DNA of 55,532 nucleotides from an uncultured Gammaproteobacteria bacterium (GTDB lineage Bacteria; Patescibacteriota; Microgenomatia; UBA8517; UBA10165): NCBI GenBank assembly GCA_964366515.1, contig CAYIUF010000002.1, positions 1 to 55,532 of the forward strand, read 5' to 3'. Shown piece by piece: positions 26,105 to 32,730 of this stretch (position 1 is its first letter; each line of letters starts with the position of its first letter). The notes under the pieces were generated by a model. It saw only the letters and a program-made list of their open reading frames with translations, ran no database searches and was not told where the DNA came from. The position numbers and the translations under genes were made by a program.

Positions 26105-26527
26105 CTATTTTCCGGCTTCTTCTACAAGTTTTTCTGCATTTTGAATAATATTTTTTTCTCGTTCTTGCCACTTTTCCTTGTTCCATAGCTCTACACGATT
26201 GCTAAGTCCTATAAACACTATCTCGTTGATAAGGGTTGTGTGTGCTCGCAAATCGATAGGTATCACAAATCTTCCCTGAGCATCAAGGTCTATCTCATAG
26301 GCTCCGCCTAAGAGAAATCTCTCTGTGTCCCGTGCAATCGCGGTTACCAGAGATCCTTTAGTTACTTGTTCCACCATTTCTTGCCAGGCTTTGGGAGAAA
26401 AAATTGCTAAGGCTCCTTCAAACCAACGCGACAAAATTATGGTTGTTCCAAGTTCTTTTTTAAACCTGCTGGGAAGAGCTGTTCTTCCTTTGTGGTTCAC
26501 TTTTTGAATGTAATACCCTACTAGCAT
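26105..26527 (-). CDS. mraZ: Transcriptional regulator MraZ
   Basis: Duplicated motifs HKGRTALP and AQGRFVIP. First gene of the dcw cluster. Confidence 0.9.
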   Translation of the reverse strand: MLVGYYIQKVNHKGRTALPSRFKKELGTTIILSRWFEGALAIFSPKAWQEMVEQVTKGSLVTAIARDTERFLLGGAYEIDLDAQGRFVIPIDLRAHTTLINEIVFIGLSNRVELWNKEKWQEREKNIIQNAEKLVEEAGK

Positions 26528-26569
26528 GATTATTTAAGGGCAGTTTTCCTAAATTCACCACTTATAACC

Positions 26570-26598
26570 ATTATTGGGAGTTTTCACACAACTGTCAA
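26570..26598 (-). promoter_or_regulatory. Sigma70-type promoter of mraZ/dcw operon
   Basis: Reverse strand reads TTGACA(26598-26593), 17 nt, AATAAT(26575-26570). Confidence 0.55.
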
Positions 26599-26655
26599 GC
26601 CCCACTTTCACAGCGAGACACCAAAAAACACATCTGGGGTGAGCTGGTGGGGAAT

Positions 26656-27408
26656 TTACTGACTAACGAGGATGAGGGCTTCCAACGCTGAGGTTTTACC
26701 GCTTACTTTCATCCACTCTGATCCATCATATCCATAGAGAAAGCCTGTGGCATAAAGGTCGCCAGTGCCTTCAATTTTAGGAGTTCCACTTAAAGTTTTT
26801 GTATTTGAGAATACTCCGAATGGCCCGCTATTTACTTTTCCTGGAGCTTTTTCTGGGAGGCCAAACGTTCCCATTGCTAAATGCTTTCCTTTTGCAGGAA
26901 GGCCAGAAACTGACAATCCACCTTTCAAATCAATCATGGTGTCGTCTTCTGCGATTGTAAATGGTGTTTCCATTTTTGCAATAAGCTTTCCATCATCGTT
27001 TCTGTAGCGAACTGTAATTGTTCCTCCTGATACCCCCTTGTCACATCTTCTGTGGCCTGAGGATTCAGTGCCAAACAGTAATTTCTTTGTACTTGTACCG
27101 CTTGTTGGTTTAATTGTTCCTGAGGCTCCTTGAGTTACTCCTTCTTCATTTTTGTAGACGATTTCATATTCTACAGATTCTGGGGAATTTTTGATTCCAG
27201 ACATGTTTAATGTGTATTCACAGCTTGGACCGGGGACAAGGGTTGTATATGGCTTTTCTTCCAGTGGTAGTTCTTTTAATACATCCTCTGTCTCGTCATC
27301 TCCCATTTGTACAGCTGGTTTTGTAAAGTGCTTAAAGGCCAAAAATCCACTAAGGCCGACTGCAAAAATGAGAGCTACTGTAACTACGATTGGGAGAATG
27401 CGGTTCAT
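26656..27408 (-). CDS. Hypothetical membrane-anchored exported protein
   Basis: ORF track. ILPIVVTVALIFAVGLSGFLAF anchor. Backbone-like composition. Confidence 0.55.
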   Translation of the reverse strand: MNRILPIVVTVALIFAVGLSGFLAFKHFTKPAVQMGDDETEDVLKELPLEEKPYTTLVPGPSCEYTLNMSGIKNSPESVEYEIVYKNEEGVTQGASGTIKPTSGTSTKKLLFGTESSGHRRCDKGVSGGTITVRYRNDDGKLIAKMETPFTIAEDDTMIDLKGGLSVSGLPAKGKHLAMGTFGLPEKAPGKVNSGPFGVFSNTKTLSGTPKIEGTGDLYATGFLYGYDGSEWMKVSGKTSALEALILVSQ

Positions 27409-27422
27409 TAGTTGTATTTTTA

Positions 27423-27451
27423 ATTCTGAGGAAATATTAAACCTTTGTCAA
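27423..27451 (-). promoter_or_regulatory. Sigma70-type promoter of the 26656..27408 gene
   Basis: Reverse strand reads TTGACA(27451-27446), 17 nt, CAGAAT(27428-27423). Confidence 0.45.
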
Positions 27452-27501
27452 CCATACTCGCTTTAATGATTTGAATCATCGAAGTAAATAAGCATGGAAA
27501 T

Positions 27502-27536
27502 GCCCCGCATTTGGATTTGTTGTCCGTTTGCGGGGC
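27502..27536 (-). terminator. GC-rich hairpin ending islet 2
   Basis: GCCCCGCA(27502-27509)/TGCGGGGC(27529-27536), 15 nt after the stop at 27552. Confidence 0.45.
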
Positions 27537-27551
27537 TAAATTTTGGGGCTT

Positions 27552-28028
27552 TTAGTCGTAGAAGACCATTTCTTCAGTGGTCATCACGACTTCAGCCAGT
27601 TGGCGATTCTTGATGTTCAGGCCTTGCTCCATCCGATGTATGTTCTTCTCGGCATTCCAGGTCCAAACACTTTGCGTTCCTCCGGGAGCGGTTAGCAGAA
27701 CATCAATGCCGGACATCCCTTTGTCTTTGAGGAACCGTTGAATGGGCGCTTCGGGACGCTCCTCCAGGTTGTGGAAAGCTGACTGAGAGTCGAACTTGTG
27801 CAGGTCGGCTGTTGTAACCTTGAGTTCAGTTGTTGACACCAACCAAGTGCCTCCGACTCCGTCGCTTGAAATATGGCGGTGGGTTCTTGATTCCTGGTTC
27901 CATCTCCAGAGTGTCGGTTTCTGGTCGGGCAGGTTGGATAGAACCAGCTTGACATTCCGTCCGGACATTCTTTTCTCGATTAGCAGTGCCTGGACTGCCA
28001 GATGGGAGAGATTGTATTCCCCGGTCAA
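27552..28028 (-). CDS. Unknown protein made of two tandem ~70-aa repeats (158 aa)
   Basis: AAGGAGG lies 6 nt before an in-frame TTG at 28028, which overlaps the upstream stop (TTGA). Internal repeat: KRMSGRNVKLVLSNLPDQKPTLWRWNQESRTHRH vs KGMSGIDVLLTAPGGTQSVWTWNAEKNIHRM. Confidence 0.6.
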   Translation of the reverse strand: MTGEYNLSHLAVQALLIEKRMSGRNVKLVLSNLPDQKPTLWRWNQESRTHRHISSDGVGGTWLVSTTELKVTTADLHKFDSQSAFHNLEERPEAPIQRFLKDKGMSGIDVLLTAPGGTQSVWTWNAEKNIHRMEQGLNIKNRQLAEVVMTTEEMVFYD

Positions 28029-28327
28029 ATCTGACCTCCTTTTTCTAGTATGTCGAAAATGACCCCAACGGGCAACCAGACAGTTGGCGGTTTCCAAACC
28101 GGACGTCTGCGTGAACCCCAGGTTTTGTTGACCGGCGTCACAACGATTGTTTCGGTGTCACGTCGTGAGAGCATTCGACAGCGAACTGGACCACGGCAGA
28201 CAAGGACATGGCCAATCTTGGCGCAAGCCTTGTCTGAGAGTACTGCCCAGGTATTTTGACCCCACCTTGCGATAGGACCAGTGGGCGAGTCTACGAACTG
28301 AATCTTCTGGACTGCTCCTGCGGCCAT
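28025..28327 (-). CDS. Unknown 100-aa protein, paralog of the 32314..32697 product
   Basis: AAGGAG lies 5 nt before the ATG. Shares F-x3-P-x-G..WG-x-N and G-x-V-[IL]-V-x2-GPV-[QR]-C with the islet-3 protein. Confidence 0.6.
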   Translation of the reverse strand: MAAGAVQKIQFVDSPTGPIARWGQNTWAVLSDKACAKIGHVLVCRGPVRCRMLSRRDTETIVVTPVNKTWGSRRRPVWKPPTVWLPVGVIFDILEKGGQI

Positions 28328-28539
28328 TCCGTCTCCTTAAGTTGTGTGTGTGCTTTTTTAGAAAACGAACGATTCGCTTCCCTCTCGGAAAATATAAATG
28401 TATTAGCGCAATTTATTGCGCGCAGACTAAAGTCTGCTAATACGCTTCTACTCTTTGAGAGTGTGCCGGGCGGGGAGAGTGAACAAGTGAACAAGTCACA
28501 AGTCAAATTCACAAATCCCTTCCCGGACTTTGGAGGAGA
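28328..28539 (-). promoter_or_regulatory. Structured leader module, copy A
   Basis: Reverse strand reads TTGACT(28506-28501)-17-TTCACT(28483-28478). 8-mer direct repeats at 28479-28514. Outer stem CCTCTC(28381-28386)/TTTGAGAG(28454-28461) encloses GTATTA/TAATAC plus hairpins 28406-28421 and 28422-28437. CGAA-CGA-TTCG palindrome within 28361-28380. Confidence 0.5.
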
Positions 28540-28644
28540 TTAGCCAGCGGCCGCGTATCTTCCTAAGGCGTAGAACAGCCACGCTGTTGCTAGCACACAG
28601 GAAGTCATGAAAAATGCGACAATGGCAACCTTTAATCGACTCAT
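28540..28644 (-). CDS. Unannotated 34-aa hydrophobic peptide (MSRLKVAIVAFFMTSCVLATAWLFYALGRYAAAG)
   Basis: Below the ORF-track size cutoff. AAAGGA lies 7 nt before the ATG at 28644, 13 nt after the upstream stop. One predicted TM helix. Resembles the peptide at 29168..29263 (M-x2-LKV start). Confidence 0.5.
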   Translation of the reverse strand: MSRLKVAIVAFFMTSCVLATAWLFYALGRYAAAG

Positions 28645-28656
28645 CTTTGGTTCCTT

Positions 28657-29007
28657 TCAGGCCTGTGCTTGGTACAAAGGCAAAGCTGCCCATGTGCGGA
28701 CTTGCACCATTCGTCGCTCTTCTTCTTCAGCTACCCTTGCCTCCATGGCATCCTTGGCCTTGAAGTATTCGCAGGTTGGGCAGGTGCAGTTTTCTTCGCC
28801 CCAACAGTCAATGGTCGAATTGTACTCGGGGTGCCTGTCCTCGTAGGACATCATCCAGTCATGGGCGTCAAACATTGATTGGGCTGAGAACCGTTTCTGT
28901 GCCAACTGGCACAGGGGACATAAGTCCAGTTCGAGTACTCAGGTGAAGGTGTGCTCGGCAGGGAACCTGCGCGTGCACTGACTGCACTGAACGGTTTTGG
29001 GCTCCAT
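28657..29007 (-). pseudogene. Cys-rich zinc-ribbon ORF (116 codons) interrupted by one in-frame TGA at 28941-28939
   Basis: AAGGAGG lies 5 nt before the ATG at 29007: MEPKTVQCSQCTRRFPAEHTFT-TGA-VLELDLCPLCQLAQKRF...CWGEENCTCPTC... The TGA splits a CxxC-x19-CxxC ribbon. The TTG start at 28905 in the ORF track has no SD. Confidence 0.5.
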
Positions 29008-29167
29008 CTTCTCCTCCTTGGTTTTTGATGTGCAAATTTGAAAACGACGATTCGTTTTCCTCTCAAAACCTGCAATTTTTGTAGATTTTGAGAGAGGCCG
29101 GGTAGAGATTGTCGTTGTGATGTTATCACATTGATTTTCTCCACCCGGCGGTTCATCATGCAGGACC
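29008..29167 (-). promoter_or_regulatory. Structured leader module, copy B
   Basis: 29022-29074 are nearly identical to 30108-30160. Palindrome GAAAACGACGATTCGTTTTC at 29040-29059. Stem CCTCTCAAAA(29059-29068)/TTTTGAGAGAGG(29086-29097). Outer CCGGGTAGAGA..TCTCCACCCGG encloses GTGAT-GTT-ATCAC. Confidence 0.5.
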
Positions 29168-29263
29168 CTAGATCAATCTTGCGATGAGCACACAGAGTAT
29201 GCCCACTGGAATGGCGATTGAAAGAAGGGAACAGGCGAACGAAACCTTTAAAAGTGCGTTCAT
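29168..29263 (-). CDS. Unannotated 31-aa hydrophobic peptide (MNALLKVSFACSLLSIAIPVGILCVLIARLI)
   Basis: GGAAGGAGG lies 5 nt before the ATG at 29263. The ATG overlaps the upstream TGA (ATGA). One TM helix. Confidence 0.55.
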   Translation of the reverse strand: MNALLKVSFACSLLSIAIPVGILCVLIARLI

Positions 29264-30090
29264 GACTGCCTCCTTCCGAGTACCTCTACAGGATCGGGCC
29301 AGTCGGACGTCAAGTATGCCGTCAGTTGATCTTGACGTTCGGTCCATTCCCGGCACTCAGGGCAGTTTTGAGACGATAAGATCGGTGCGTCGAGCTTTCG
29401 GCCCGCGTCGATCTCGCTCATCTGCTTGCCGCCTCCGAGTTTGCGAACTTCTTTGAGAGTCATCTCCGATACGTGCCCGCAGGGACAGAACTGCACGACC
29501 TCGAGGTCGCTTGGGGTACGAGGTCTTTCGGTTTGGGTCGATTTCTCGACTTTGCCTCCGAGTTTGAAAACCTCGTAGCCGTCTTTGATTTGCCTAAAGG
29601 CGACGGCCTTCTGACTCTCGTCGGTGATGGTCACGACACAGCCGTTGAACTCCTGAGCAAACCTTGCCTCGGAATGGCTGAGCCTGCCAACCGCAAACGC
29701 ATGTAGGAGTGCAACCGGCGCCTGGGCGTGGCATGGAAAGAGGTTTATATAGACCTCCTCCTGCACACGTTCGACTGGATCCACGTCTGGGGTCAGAAGT
29801 TTCTGCATAACGACAGCGTAAGCCGTCGTCACAGAAGCCATAGCCGCGTTGACTGCGTAAGGCAAAATCGCCTCAGGCTTCATACGTTTCTCTAGGGCTT
29901 CATTCTTCGCCGCCACGTAGGCTCTTATCACCTCCGGGCGATGGTCGAATACAGAAACGACCCCGATCCTGTTCCTGCCCAGGAGGTGGTACTGCAAGCA
30001 GTCTCCGCCCGGCATGAGATAGAACGAATGGGGATATAAGGCGCGCAAGCTGACAGTTGCGTCAGCCTCGACGAGCTTAATTTTTTGCAT
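29260..30090 (-). CDS. Unknown 276-aa protein with C-terminal Cys4 zinc ribbon
   Basis: GGAGGA lies 6 nt before the ATG at 30090 (MQKIKLVEAD...). FCPCGH...NCPECREW forms the ribbon. Confidence 0.65.
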   Translation of the reverse strand: MQKIKLVEADATVSLRALYPHSFYLMPGGDCLQYHLLGRNRIGVVSVFDHRPEVIRAYVAAKNEALEKRMKPEAILPYAVNAAMASVTTAYAVVMQKLLTPDVDPVERVQEEVYINLFPCHAQAPVALLHAFAVGRLSHSEARFAQEFNGCVVTITDESQKAVAFRQIKDGYEVFKLGGKVEKSTQTERPRTPSDLEVVQFCPCGHVSEMTLKEVRKLGGGKQMSEIDAGRKLDAPILSSQNCPECREWTERQDQLTAYLTSDWPDPVEVLGRRQS

Positions 30091-30279
30091 TTCCAATCCT
30101 CCGTTTGTTTTTGATGTGCAAACTTGAAAACGACGATTCGTTTTCCTCTCAAAACCTACAAATGTTTACGAGTCCACCTTAAAGGTGGAGGGCTAAATAG
30201 GCTTTGAGAGAGCCGGGTAGAGAAAGTGAACGAGTGAACAAGTCACCAGTCAAATTCACAATCCATCCCGGCGAGCCGT
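30091..30279 (-). promoter_or_regulatory. Structured leader module, copy C
   Basis: Reverse strand reads TTGACT(30253-30248)-17-TTCACT(30230-30225). 8-mer repeats at 30226-30261. Stem 30145-30154/30203-30212 encloses hairpin CCACCTT-A-AAGGTGG (30174-30188). Palindrome at 30126-30145. Confidence 0.5.
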
Positions 30280-30696
30280 TTAGGTGGTTGAAAGCGCAGG
30301 TTCGCGCTCGCGTACGTATTCGCGCACTGAGTGGTCAGTTAGACCGTATGAGATCCTTGATCCCGGTCGAATATTCTCGAGTAGGGAATCCCCATTTTTG
30401 TCTAACCTGAAAACGTGCCGGCCGTCGACTGCGATGTGGAGTTGGCTGGCAAGATCTCGAAATTTGCCTCTAAAGATAAGGCTGAGGTAAAGAGCTTCTT
30501 TGTCCAGCCACTCTAGGCGGATTGAGAATCCGGCTTCGTTGATCCAGCGCGGGTTCCAGTCAGTTGGAGGCGCCTTATGAGACCAAATTGTCCGGTTAAG
30601 GATGCCCATTACCCACTGGATGTCTGCGTCCAGCTCCTGGCTACGATGCTTTTCTCCGATCCTGCGCTTCTGAATGCGCCTTCTTGCCCTTGCCAT
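30280..30696 (-). CDS. Unknown 138-aa protein with basic N-terminus
   Basis: AAGGAG lies 7 nt before the ATG. MARARRRIQKRRIGEKHR... No family recognised. Confidence 0.6.
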   Translation of the reverse strand: MARARRRIQKRRIGEKHRSQELDADIQWVMGILNRTIWSHKAPPTDWNPRWINEAGFSIRLEWLDKEALYLSLIFRGKFRDLASQLHIAVDGRHVFRLDKNGDSLLENIRPGSRISYGLTDHSVREYVREREPALSTT

Positions 30697-30741
30697 GTCA
30701 AAACTCCTTAATGTGCAAAATTAACTCTACTAGGCACACAT

Positions 30742-30770
30742 TGTACCACAAAACCCATAGTTTGTCAAGC
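30742..30770 (-). promoter_or_regulatory. Near-consensus sigma70 promoter of the first islet-2 gene
   Basis: Reverse strand reads TTGACA(30770-30765), 17 nt, TACAAT(30747-30742), preceded by TGG (extended -10). Confidence 0.6.
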
Positions 30771-30852
30771 CCATAGCTCAACGTGTTAAAGCGTGTTAAG
30801 TTGAGTGTTGGGAGTTTTTGTCATGCGCTGGGGCGCGCACTGAAGTGCGCTA

Positions 30853-32166
30853 TTACAAGGCTAATTTAGCCTCGATATGGGCCTGAAGCTCGCCTGTCGC
30901 GACTCTAATCTGGTGTCCTGTATCGCGATCGCGCACAGTCACAGTATTGTCCTCGAGTGTTTGATAGTCCACAGTTATGCACCAAGGAGTGCCTATTTCG
31001 TCTTGGGAAGCGTACCTTTTGCCGATATTGCCGCGGTCATCCCAAGCAACGGCACACGAGACACGTAACACGTCGTACACGTTTCGGGCTTTTTCGACGA
31101 TTTCGGGTTTGTTTGAGACGAGTGGAAATACTGCCGCCTTGTAGGGGGCGATTTTGGGATCCAGTTTGAGCACGATTCGGCCGTCATCTCCTTCAGTAAA
31201 TGCACTGAGAAGCACGACTAATGCAGTCCTACTTACTCCGAACGTTGGCTCAACGACATGGGGAGTATACTTTTCATTGGTTTCAGGGTCAATATATTCA
31301 AGTTCTTGGCCTGATTTTTCAGAGTGGTTTTTAAGATCAAAATCGCCTCTGTAGGCCAAACCATACAGCTCTCCCCAACCAAATGGGAATTCAAACTCTA
31401 TATCTTCTGTTCTTTTTGAATAATGAGAAAGTTCGTCCTTCTCATGGGCACGCCACTTCAGTTTGGCCTCATCCACACCAAGGATTTTTGTAATCCAATC
31501 CCACATTTGGATTTTCCAACCCTCAAATGAGGCTTCCCAGTCTTCTTCTTTGACAAAATACTCAATTTCCATCTGTTCAAACTCCAAAGTTCTGAATGTG
31601 AAGTTTCCGGGAGTGATTTCATTCCTAAAAACCTTTCCAATTTGGGAAATACCGAAGGGAAGTCTTGGTCTTTCTGTAATAAGTACGTTTTTGAAGTTTA
31701 CAAACATGCCTTGGGCAGTTTCTGGCCTGAGATATGCTGCAATTCTTGAATCTTCTGCCGTTCCTATATGAGTTTGAAACATCATGTTGAAGTTTTTGGG
31801 CTCGGTCCAGGAAACTTTTTGGCCTTCATGAGATTTTTCGTGTTCCTCTATTTCTTCTGGTTTGTCTGCGCGAAGTCTGGCATTGCAGATTTTGCATTCA
31901 ACTAATGGGTCGGTGAACGAGGAAACATGACCCGAGGCTTCCCAAACTTTTGAGTTCATAAGCAAACCGGTATCAACTGGATACATGTCTCGCCGGGTTT
32001 CAACAAAAGTCTTCCACCAAAGGTTTTTAATGTTTTGAAGAAGACGAGCGCCCAAGGGGCCGTAATCCCAGGTATTTGCGAGACCACCATAGATATCAGA
32101 GCCTGGATAAACAAACCCGCGGCGTTTTGCAAGACTAACTATTTTTTCCATTGTGACTTCTGCCAT
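30853..32166 (-). CDS. glyQS: Glycine--tRNA ligase (class II, alpha2 type)
   Basis: RRGFVYPGSDIYGGLANTWDYGPLG N-terminus is typical of GlyQS. Confidence 0.95.
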   Translation of the reverse strand: MAEVTMEKIVSLAKRRGFVYPGSDIYGGLANTWDYGPLGARLLQNIKNLWWKTFVETRRDMYPVDTGLLMNSKVWEASGHVSSFTDPLVECKICNARLRADKPEEIEEHEKSHEGQKVSWTEPKNFNMMFQTHIGTAEDSRIAAYLRPETAQGMFVNFKNVLITERPRLPFGISQIGKVFRNEITPGNFTFRTLEFEQMEIEYFVKEEDWEASFEGWKIQMWDWITKILGVDEAKLKWRAHEKDELSHYSKRTEDIEFEFPFGWGELYGLAYRGDFDLKNHSEKSGQELEYIDPETNEKYTPHVVEPTFGVSRTALVVLLSAFTEGDDGRIVLKLDPKIAPYKAAVFPLVSNKPEIVEKARNVYDVLRVSCAVAWDDRGNIGKRYASQDEIGTPWCITVDYQTLEDNTVTVRDRDTGHQIRVATGELQAHIEAKLAL

Positions 32167-32172
32167 GTTTTG

Positions 32173-32181
32173 ACTATATCA
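32173..32181 (-). promoter_or_regulatory. Extended -10 (TGaTATAGT) 6 nt upstream of the glyQS ATG
   Basis: Reverse strand reads TGATATAGTcaaaacATG. No SD sequence, which implies a leaderless or near-leaderless mRNA. Confidence 0.4.
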
Positions 32182-32313
32182 CAAGTGGAGTAGGCATGAT
32201 AAGAACCTCTCGAAGACTCGAGAACCTTGCTGTTGTTTTGCGAAGACGCGACACAACAGTAAAGCCCCTGGAACACGTTCGCGAAATTGCGATTGTGCCC
32301 CAGGGGCGTTGAG

Positions 32314-32697
32314 TCAGGCGGTTTGCAGAAAAGCTGCCAATTCACGAAGCGTGATGTGGGTTCGGTTTCCGAAAGCCAAAAGAACTCGGCCTAATCGTTC
32401 TTCTTTGAGCTTGCGAAGCCGTTCCTTCTCGCTGGGAGTTGGCATGACATAGAAGTAGCGGGGCCCTTTGTCTACGAGTACGCATTGGACTGGGCCTGCG
32501 GCGACAATCACGTTTCCAAACTCAGTTTCCATGCGTTCCGTGAGCTCTGCATGAATGGGATTTCCGTGTTCGTTGTTGCTTCCCCAGAGAGCTTCGAGGC
32601 CGCTGCCCCATGGAACGCGCCTAAAGACGAGGCTTCGGCCGGTCAGAACGTCTGCGAGCTGGCTCTGAGGCTGTTTGGGCCTTCTGCCTTTCTTCAA
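32314..32697 (-). CDS. Unknown 127-aa protein, paralog of the 28025..28327 product
   Basis: AAGGAGAG lies 6 nt before the TTG at 32697. Shared motifs as listed for 28025..28327. Confidence 0.6.
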   Translation of the reverse strand: MKKGRRPKQPQSQLADVLTGRSLVFRRVPWGSGLEALWGSNNEHGNPIHAELTERMETEFGNVIVAAGPVQCVLVDKGPRYFYVMPTPSEKERLRKLKEERLGRVLLAFGNRTHITLRELAAFLQTA

Positions 32698-32730
32698 TTT
32701 TTCTCTCCTTGTGCGAATTTGCTTTGGGGA

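Larger units (their letters stand above)
27490..30852 (-). other. GC-rich islet 2: seven minus-strand genes in four units with repeated structured leaders
   Basis: Composition shift, strong SD before each gene, three paralogous leader modules. No mobility gene seen. Confidence 0.65.

Noticed and set aside
26528-26655. Canonical MraZ operator (three evenly spaced GTGGG-type boxes) upstream of mraZ.
   Set aside because: Only scattered candidates are present: AAAGTGGGG overlapping the -35 box, AAGTGGTG after the -10 box, and CTGGGGTGAGCTGGTGGGG further upstream in the opposite orientation. Their spacing and orientation are irregular, which is too weak to call.
28479-28514. Short tandem repeats (8-mers at 28479-28514, 30226-30261 and 20628-20680) as possible CRISPR or iteron arrays.
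   Set aside because: The units are far too short and contiguous for CRISPR repeat-spacer structure, and no cas genes are present. A replication-iteron role is unsupported without a rep gene. They are kept only as part of the leader-module description.
28939-28941. Contig-wide UGA reassignment (code 4 or 25), or selenocysteine, as the explanation for the in-frame TGA.
   Set aside because: Backbone and islet genes terminate sensibly at TGA (ATGA overlaps at 6364-6367, 5273-5276 and 29260-29263). The TGA is not at a Cys or redox position. The nearest hairpin starts 27 nt downstream, and no sel genes are visible. Local readthrough cannot be excluded and is reported as a finding.
28851-29159. ORFs reading through the repeated leader modules (28851..29159 on the minus strand; 28256..28543 and 30204..30410 on the plus strand; 28496..28693 on the minus strand).
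   Set aside because: They span promoter and hairpin repeats and lack an SD sequence. Their similarity to one another is explained by the DNA repeat. Better-supported SD-led frames exist on the same strand.
29022-30160. Diversity-generating retroelement (template/variable repeat pair) as the explanation for the near-identical B and C core.
   Set aside because: No reverse transcriptase is present in the window. The two differences are T/C and G/A changes in non-coding sequence, not adenine-specific substitutions in a C-terminal coding region.
28328-30279. Interpretation of the repeated modules as integron attC sites separating gene cassettes.
   Set aside because: I found no RYYYAAC / GTTRRRY core pair at the stem ends, and no intI-type tyrosine recombinase in the window. 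The modules lie 5' of genes with promoter-like and SD elements, not 3'.
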